64,000 nt of DNA, taken from contig OZ024749.1 of NCBI GenBank assembly GCA_964016885.1, positions 15,748,001 through 15,812,000 of the forward strand, read 5' to 3'. Of the stretch, positions 58,101 through 64,000 are shown one piece after another. The notes under the pieces were generated by a model that was not told where the DNA came from, ran no database searches, and saw nothing but the letters and a program-made list of their open reading frames with translations. The stretch's first letter is position 1, and each line of letters starts with the position of its first letter. Both the position numbers and the translations under genes were made by a program. Source of the stretch: Eledone cirrhosa. Taxonomy: Eukaryota.

Positions 58101-58871
58101 ACCAGCTAACCCATACACCCAACCACACATTCAACCAGCTAACCCATACACCCAGCCATCCACCCAACCAGCTAACCCTAACCCAACCACACATTCAACC
58201 AGCTAACCCATACAACCAGCCATCCACCCAACCTGCTAACCCATACACCCAGCCCTCCACCCAACCAGCTAACCCATACACCCAACCACACATTCAACCA
58301 GCTAACCCATACACCCAACCCTCCACCCAACCAGCTAACCCATACACCCAGCCATCCACCCAACCAGCTAACCCATACGCCCAGCCATCCACCCAACCAG
58401 CTAACCCATACACCCAACCCTCCAGCCAACCCATACACCCAACCACACATTCAACCAGTTAACCCATACACCCAACCACACATTCAACCAGCTAACCCAT
58501 ACACCCAACCCTCCACCCAACCAGCTAACCCATACACCCAACCCTCCACCCAACCAGCTAACCCATACACCCAACCCTCCACCCAACCAGCTAACCCATA
58601 CACCCAACCCTCCAGCCAACCCATACACCCAACCACACATTCAACCAGCTAACATATCCACTATACCATCTACCTATCCAGCTAACGCATACACCCAACC
58701 CTCCACCCAAACAGCTAACCCATACACCCAACCCTCCACCCAAACAGCTAACCCATACACCCAGCCCTCCACCCAACCAGCTAACCCATACACCCAACCC
58801 TCCACCCAACCAGCTAACCCATACACCCAACCCTCCAGCCAACCCATACACCCAACCACACATTCAACCAG
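49814..58871. repeat. 4,491-bp higher-order tandem duplication ending at the array's right edge
   Basis: Matching ORFs at offset 4,491 (49832/54323, 50940/55431, 52436/56927, 54183/58674). Confidence 0.92.
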
Positions 58872-59417
58872 CTAACATATCCACCATACCATCTACCCAA
58901 CCATCCTGCTATCCTTCTTTTTTTTCAACAAACAGCGATTAATCTTGTTTTCATAATGGATGCAAAAGAATCTCAGTAAATGTTATTTTCTGCCAAAGAT
59001 ATTGGCCGGTTATCAAACTTAAAATAAAATTGCCAGCTTTTTCCTTCCATTTTCCAGTCTTTTTCTATTTTAAATCTGTTAGGTTTATTGTATTAAACAC
59101 GACTTAAAAGAGTTACTTGATTGTGTAATTCACTTAAAAATGGCTCCTATTCCCAGTTTTTATAAAGCTGGTTTATTTTATTTAACTTCACTATTGAAGA
59201 GTTACTTTGCCTTCAAATTGCTTCATTATACTTATTTATTTTTTTTAATAATTTATTTTTTCGGCATATATTTATTTTTTTTGCGTATTTACTTCACAAC
59301 AAAATAGCAACGCACTTCGTCCCAATACATTCCTACTTTCATCTGAACCGTAATACTATTAAAACAAGAAATAATAATAATAATAGCTATTATTTCTTTT
59401 ATTTTAAATTTTTTAAA

Positions 59418-59641
59418 AATAATGATAATAATGAATTCTACTAAAGGCACAAGGCCAGCAATTTGGAGGTAGGGGAAAGTCGATTAAATCGACCTCAGTG
59501 CACGACTGGTACTTTATTTTATTGACCCCGTAAGGATGAAAGGCAAAGTTAACCTCGGTGAGATTTGAACTCAGAATGTAAAGGGCCATAACTGCAAAGC
59601 ATGGTGTCTGACGCTCTACCAATACTGCCAATCCACCGCCC
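59418..59641 (-). mobile_element. tRNA-derived SINE, near full length
   Basis: Minus strand GGGCGGTGGATTGGCAGTATTGG (A box)...GAGTTCAAATC (B box)...GCCTTTCATCC...AAGTACCAG...GGCCTTGTGCC, with an ATT-rich tail. Confidence 0.88.
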
Positions 59642-59662
59642 TATTTAATAATGAGAATAATA

Positions 59663-59923
59663 CACGTAGAAGTGGTACCGATTGTGGATTGTGGTTAGTA
59701 AAAGATTGGATGCATGCCTTGAGAAGCTAGAAATTATCACCAGGACGGGATTGTTGCAGGAAACAGCCTTGATAGGAACAGCAAAGGTTCTAAGGAGGGT
59801 GTTGGAGAGTTGAAGGAAAAGTAATGACCCAAAAGACCTTTGGCCATTGACCATTGGCTCGCTCTTTTGGTATAGTGACGGTATAACATGTGCCACAGAA
59901 AAAGTGTCACGAGTAATAATAAT
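59663..59923 (+). mobile_element. 3' end of an RLE-type (R4/Dong-like) non-LTR retrotransposon
   Basis: Translates as VEVVPIV / VVSKRLDACLEKLEIITRTGLLQETALIGTAKVLRRVLES* (stop 59811-59813), a C-terminal motif typical of R4/Dong ORFs. A ~100-bp 3' UTR ends in (TAA)n. Confidence 0.7.
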
Positions 59924-60103
59924 TGTTTCTAATTTTGACACAAGGCCAGCAAATATCAGTGCATTACTGGTACTTTATTTTATCGAAAGGATGAAAGGCA
60001 AATTTAACCTCGGCGGGATTTGAACTCAGAATGGCAAGGACCGTAACTCTATGCGTCAAAGCATGGCGTCCGACAATCTACCGATACTGCCAATCCACCG
60101 CCC
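59914..60103 (-). mobile_element. SINE copy with internal deletions
   Basis: Same head and B box (GATTTGAACTC on +); lacks the GGGG...GTCGAT..ATCGAC segment. Confidence 0.85.
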
Positions 60104-60110
60104 TTCAGAG

Positions 60111-60342
60111 TAATAATAATAATGGTTTCTTATATAGGCACAAAGCCAGTAATTGGGGGGGGGGGGAGAGAAATTCGATTGAATTAACCCAGTGCGTGAC
60201 TGGTACTTTATTTTATCGGTCCCATAAAAATGAAAGGCAAAGTTAACCTCGACGGGATTTGAACTCAGACCGTAAACGGCCATAACTCTATGCTGAAAAG
60301 CATGGCGTCTGATCCTCTACCAATACTACCAATCCACCGCCC
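60111..60342 (-). mobile_element. SINE copy, near full length
   Basis: Colinear with the 59418-59641 copy. Confidence 0.85.
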
Positions 60343-60359
60343 TCACGAGTAATAATCAT

Positions 60360-60665
60360 GCTTTCTTTATTAACCACAAGGGTTTACACAAATCATAACA
60401 TTAAGGACAGCACAGGACGGTACAATGAGGGTTTCTGCGTGTAAAAACAAAACCAAGGATACAACAACAAAAAATTAGAACAAAAGAAACATTCCCCAAT
60501 AAGGGAGGGAGGGATTTCCGAGGGTTACTCATGGAGAAGGTCCACAAAAGCCACAGTCATCCTGACCGACAGGGCAAGTGCCCTCGTTCAGTTTCCTCCC
60601 TCAATCTACGCTCAGAGCAGGCTCATTCACTCGAGCCATTCACGCCTCTTTCATCCACCTTTCAA
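60360..60665 (-). mobile_element. Probable 3' end of a LINE (Tx1/L1-like)
   Basis: Minus strand has a short decayed ORF end (IERWMKEA*MARVNEPALSVD*), a T-rich UTR and ...CCCTTGTGGTTAATAAAGAAAG with AATAAA. Family is a tentative guess. Confidence 0.45.
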
Positions 60666-60755
60666 TAATAATGGTTTCTGACTTGGGTACAAGGCCAACA
60701 GTTTTGTCGCAGGATTTGAACTCAGAACGTAAAGGGCCATGCTTCTATGCCGCGA
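60665..60755 (-). mobile_element. SINE fragment (tail fused to B-box region)
   Basis: TAATAATGGTTTCT...CAAGGCCA joined directly to GGATTTGAACTCAGAACGTAAAGGGCCAT. Confidence 0.7.
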
Positions 60756-60767
60756 CATGTTTGTAGC

Positions 60768-60928
60768 CTATAGTTACATTCTTAGTTCAAATCCCGCCGA
60801 GGTTAGCTTTGCCTTTCATTTTTACTGCGTCGATGAAAGAAGGTACCAGTAATGCACTGGGGTCGATATAATCGACTTCCCCCTCCCTTCAGATTGACCT
60901 TGTGCCAAAAGATAGAAACAGTTATTGT
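60768..60928 (+). mobile_element. 5'-truncated SINE
   Basis: AGTTCAAATCCCGCCGAGGTTAGCTTTGCCTTTCAT...GTACCAG...GTCGATATAATCGAC...CCTTGTGCC. Confidence 0.82.
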
Positions 60929-60931
60929 TAG

Positions 60932-61160
60932 GGAGGGAGGTTTATAGAATTGTAAGAGAGTCAAAGAAACAATTGGCGGTATTTGCTCTGGTGAATGACT
61001 TTCTGAGTTCAAATCTCGCTGAGACTAACTTAGCTATTCATCCTTCTGGGGTCGATAAAATAAAGTACCAGCCAAATACTAGGGTCAGTTTAATCGACTT
61101 TGACCTCCCTCGCCCCTCTAAATTGCTGACCTTTTTGCCTAAATTAGAAACCATTATCAT
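60932..61160 (+). mobile_element. Older, diverged SINE copy
   Basis: TTCTGAGTTCAAATCTCGC...TTCATCCTTCTGGGGTCGATAAAATAAAGTACCAG...TTAGAAACCATTAT; the head is degenerate. Confidence 0.78.
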
Positions 61161-61206
61161 AACCACCACCACCACCATCATCATCAGTGTTATTGATACT
61201 GTGTGT

Positions 61207-61391
61207 AATAATTGTTTTTACTTTCGGCTCAAGGCCAGCAATTATCTCAGTACATTACTGGTACTTTATTTTATTGACCCCGTAAGGATGAAAAGTAAAG
61301 TTAACGTCGGTGGGATTTGAACTCAGAACATAAAGGAACGTAACTCTATGCTGCGAAGCAGGATGTCCGACGCTCTACCGATTCTGCCAAT
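61207..61391 (-). mobile_element. SINE copy with internal deletion
   Basis: Colinear with the other copies; lacks about the same segment as the 59914-60103 copy. Confidence 0.83.
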
Positions 61392-61499
61392 GTTGTTTCA
61401 GGTGTTGTCGATAGTACTGTTGTTCATAGTAGTGCTGCCGTTAATTCAGTAGCTAATAAAACAAAAATGGTGGCAGAGTTGGGAAATTTGGTTGGATAT

Positions 61500-62094
61500 T
61501 CCGATTGTCAGCAGAATTCTCTAAAACTCACAGTTTTTCGACAGGTAAACAGTCATGAAACTATAACTTAATCCTTTAATGTTCAAACCGGCCCAAAACT
61601 GGCCAGAATTCTCTACCTCTTTCTGTTGAAACTGCTGTAACTGGTCACTCAAACTGATATTACGGTATTGTTCTCAAAATAAATACTTTCAAAATCTCAT
61701 AGATTCGGTATTATGTGAGATAATTATGTGAGGTAAAGCCTTTACCAGGAAAATATAATAGTATATATAGAATAAAATGAATGATAAAGGGTTGAAGTCG
61801 TACCACGAGAATACTACCAAATAAAGAAGATATCGTTCGGAAGAGATAAACAACACGAGGGACTGAACTCTGTGAGTGGACAAACCTGTAAATAAATACC
61901 TGAGATAAAATCAAAGACGGGCAGAAACAAAATGGCTGAGATACTAAAACCAAAGATCCGGTCGTTGATCCTCTCTTCCAAACGACACCTTCCTTATCAG
62001 GAAGTATTGTCGTGATAGGACACTAAGCTATAGTTTCTCAAAAGTTTACCTACCGAAAAGCTGTGAGTTTAAGAGAAGTCGGCTGATGATCGGA
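61500..62094. mobile_element. Foldback/MITE-like element with ~120-bp imperfect inverted arms
   Basis: 61500-61570 is the reverse complement of 62024-62094 (CTCT.AAACTCACAG.TTTTCG..AGGTAAAC...GAAACTATA.CTTA), and 61797-61848 of 61972-62021 (GTC.TA.CACGA.AATACT.CC..ATAA.GAAG.T.TCGTT.GGAAGAGA). Confidence 0.8.
61568..61795. mobile_element. ~228-bp MITE nested in the left arm of the foldback element
   Basis: Exactly fills the gap in the left arm. Degenerate TIRs TTAATCCTTTAATGTTC and GAATGATAAAGGGTTGA (12/17 match as reverse complements), with TTAA-like ends. Confidence 0.62.
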
Positions 62095-62265
62095 TTATTT
62101 TGATGTTATTGTATTCGTTCCGTTCCCCAGTTTCTTCCGCCCGTTTCTGTACTGCCCCATATTTTCATGTTTTGTCCCATTTTTCCCTCATTTCATTACA
62201 CTTCATTTATCACATATTCCAACATAACTCATTATTCCGTCATCTCTCCTACTTTTGGTTTATAA

Positions 62266-62316
62266 ATATATATATATATATATGCAAATAAACAACACAC
62301 ACACACACACACATCC

Positions 62317-62347
<31 letters not shown>

Positions 62348-62408
62348 AGTTTGGAGGTTCACCACTGGATAGAGCTGGTCAATTCCGTATGGTCAATCTT
62401 GATGTAAT

Positions 62409-62439
<31 letters not shown>

Positions 62440-62553
62440 TCCATATATAAGCTTAGCAAAGCAAAACGAGCTTTGCTAATCATAGTTTGTATTTAAATAT
62501 CTTGATAAAACATTTTGAAAATACCAAATTTAATACTCATGCTAAAAAGCAAA

Positions 62554-62618
<65 letters not shown>

Positions 62619-62660
62619 AATATATATATACATACATACATACATACGCACATATATACA
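62266..62660. repeat. (TA)n and (CA)n microsatellite cluster
   Basis: Tracts at ~62266-62344, 62413-62437 and 62557-62660. Confidence 0.9.
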
Positions 62661-62956
62661 CACCGGAAATAATACCGCAATGTTATCAGAGAGACATGTT
62701 TCTTTTATCCGAGGGAATCGGGATAGATCCGGCGGAAGTACTCAACACGATTACATCCAGTGACGTAACATCTTACAGCTACAGTCTTGTTGGTGTGGTT
62801 GTGGTGGTGTAGGGTGGGTGGCGGGTTGGGTGGGTTAATCAGTCTGTCTCTATGGATATTGCAATTTGTTGTTCTTGTTGATGATGATGATGATAATGAT
62901 GCGATGTTAGTATGAAACTCCAACTGACGGCGTATATAGTCACAAATCTAACACGG

Positions 62957-63320
62957 TTATATATATATATATACGTGTATGCGTGTGTGTATGTATATAT
63001 ATGTGTGTGTGTGTCTCTGTGTATATATGTGTCTCTCTATATATATATACATGTGTCAGTGTGTGTGTATATATGTGTGTGTATATATATATATGTATAT
63101 ATATGTGTGTGTGTGTGTGTATATATATGTGTGTGTATATATATATATGTGTACATATATGTGTGTGTGAGTGTGGGGTGTAATTAATTGTGACTGTTTA
63201 CATCGATATTTCGTCACTATATATAACACATATACATACATATATATATATATATATATGGGTGTGTGTGTGTACAAAGAGAGAGGGGGGAGGGAGCGAG
63301 CAAGAGGGAGAATGCGAGAG
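62957..63320. repeat. Degenerate (TG/TA)n and (GA)n block
   Basis: Directly visible; source of spurious CVYI ORFs. Confidence 0.9.
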
Positions 63321-63605
63321 ACATACATTTTAACTAAACTTTTGTTATGTCAATAGAAAAACAAAATGGTTGTTTATTTTTATTAAATTTCATATTTAAA
63401 TTACATACACACATGCACATAAACACACACATACATTACACACTCATGCACGCACACACATATATATGTTGAAATGTCAATGACCTCCAGCAGACAACTG
63501 AAGAAGGGACTGTCCCTTGTTTGTGCTTTCCTTTTTTTTTTTCTAAATATACTTTATCAAGTAACCACACAGCCCCTTGTTCCTTATATATATATATATA
63601 TATAT

Positions 63606-63670
63606 TTGAGAAACAATTGTAATATGTCCAATAAATTCCTTTCGTCTCAACACTGATTCTCTTTTTTTCT

Positions 63671-63674
<4 letters not shown>
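63606..63674 (+). mobile_element. Short pLTR-like 3' fragment between (TA)n tracts
   Basis: GAAA-CAATTG-TA (63610-63621, palindromic hammerhead stem III-like) then AATAAA (63630), flanked by (TA)n at 63586-63605 and 63675-63733. Confidence 0.4.
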
Positions 63675-63735
<61 letters not shown>

Positions 63736-64000
63736 CTTAGGGTAACCACCATATCGGTTACAGCACGGGATGGGTAGCATAAACTATGGTACAGGCCTGA
63801 ATGGGTCATTGTTTGGGTGAGAGGGGGAACTGACTAAGCGAATTTCGTTGAAATCTGCCGTAGCTAATGGTCAACTTCCTTCGGACATGCGCCTGTGCAG
63901 ACCGGTGGGGGTGAATTGGTAATCACAGGGGAACGGATGAAGAACCCAAAAGCAGACACTTCGTCCCCTTCCCATGTCGATTCAATTTGGATTGCCTCGG

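Larger units (their letters stand above)
8780..58905. repeat. Giant 33-bp satellite/minisatellite array (~50 kb, ~1,500 monomers)
   Basis: Consensus CAACCAGCTAACCCAT(A/G)CACCCAGCC(A/C)TCCACC, all head-to-tail in one orientation, no foreign insertion seen. Recurrent variants include ...CCCAACCACACATT, AAGCC, CATTCACC and 32-, 31- and 25-bp deletion monomers. Confidence 0.98.

Noticed and set aside
8476-58863. Hundreds of W/G/V-rich and P/Q/T/H-rich ORFs as protein-coding genes
   Set aside because: They are translations of the 33-bp monomer on both strands, switch frame at indel monomers and contain no unique domain, signal peptide or splice context.
8780-58905. CRISPR array (33-bp periodic repeat)
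   Set aside because: There are no unique spacers (monomers abut directly), no cas genes, and the context is eukaryotic.
8780-58905. True telomere or interstitial (TTAGGG)n tract
   Set aside because: At most about two consecutive perfect units occur, and non-telomeric DNA continues on both sides.
63735-64000. GC-richer segment after the last (TA)n
   Set aside because: It may be another repeat end, but it is cut by the window edge and has no motif I can support.

Overview
Eukaryotic, AT-rich, microsatellite-dense DNA with no recognisable host gene. The SINE family and the microsatellite load suggest a cephalopod (Octopus-like) genome; this is an inference. About 50 kb (~8,780-58,905) is one strand-asymmetric tandem array of roughly 1,500 copies of the 33-bp monomer CAACCAGCTAACCCATACACCCAGCCATCCACC. 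It accounts for nearly all ORFs in the track, which are repeat artefacts. Monomer variants reveal nested higher-order duplications (offsets 955, 3,194, 3,560, 4,491, ~12.4-13.2 kb and 14,047/14,113 bp). The left edge decays gradually through 28-bp and 23-bp repeats of the same tetramer vocabulary; the right edge is abrupt and holds the most identical duplications. The left flank has a 5'-truncated, frameshifted Penelope-like element (RT + C-terminal GIY-YIG) in (TA)n, hammerhead-like motifs, a complete non-autonomous Helitron and a tRNA-derived SINE. The right flank has seven more SINE copies or fragments, an R4/Dong-like LINE 3' end, a second probable LINE 3' end, a foldback MITE interrupted by a smaller MITE, and microsatellites. 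Boundaries were read by eye and are approximate; family assignments come from motif recognition, not database searches.
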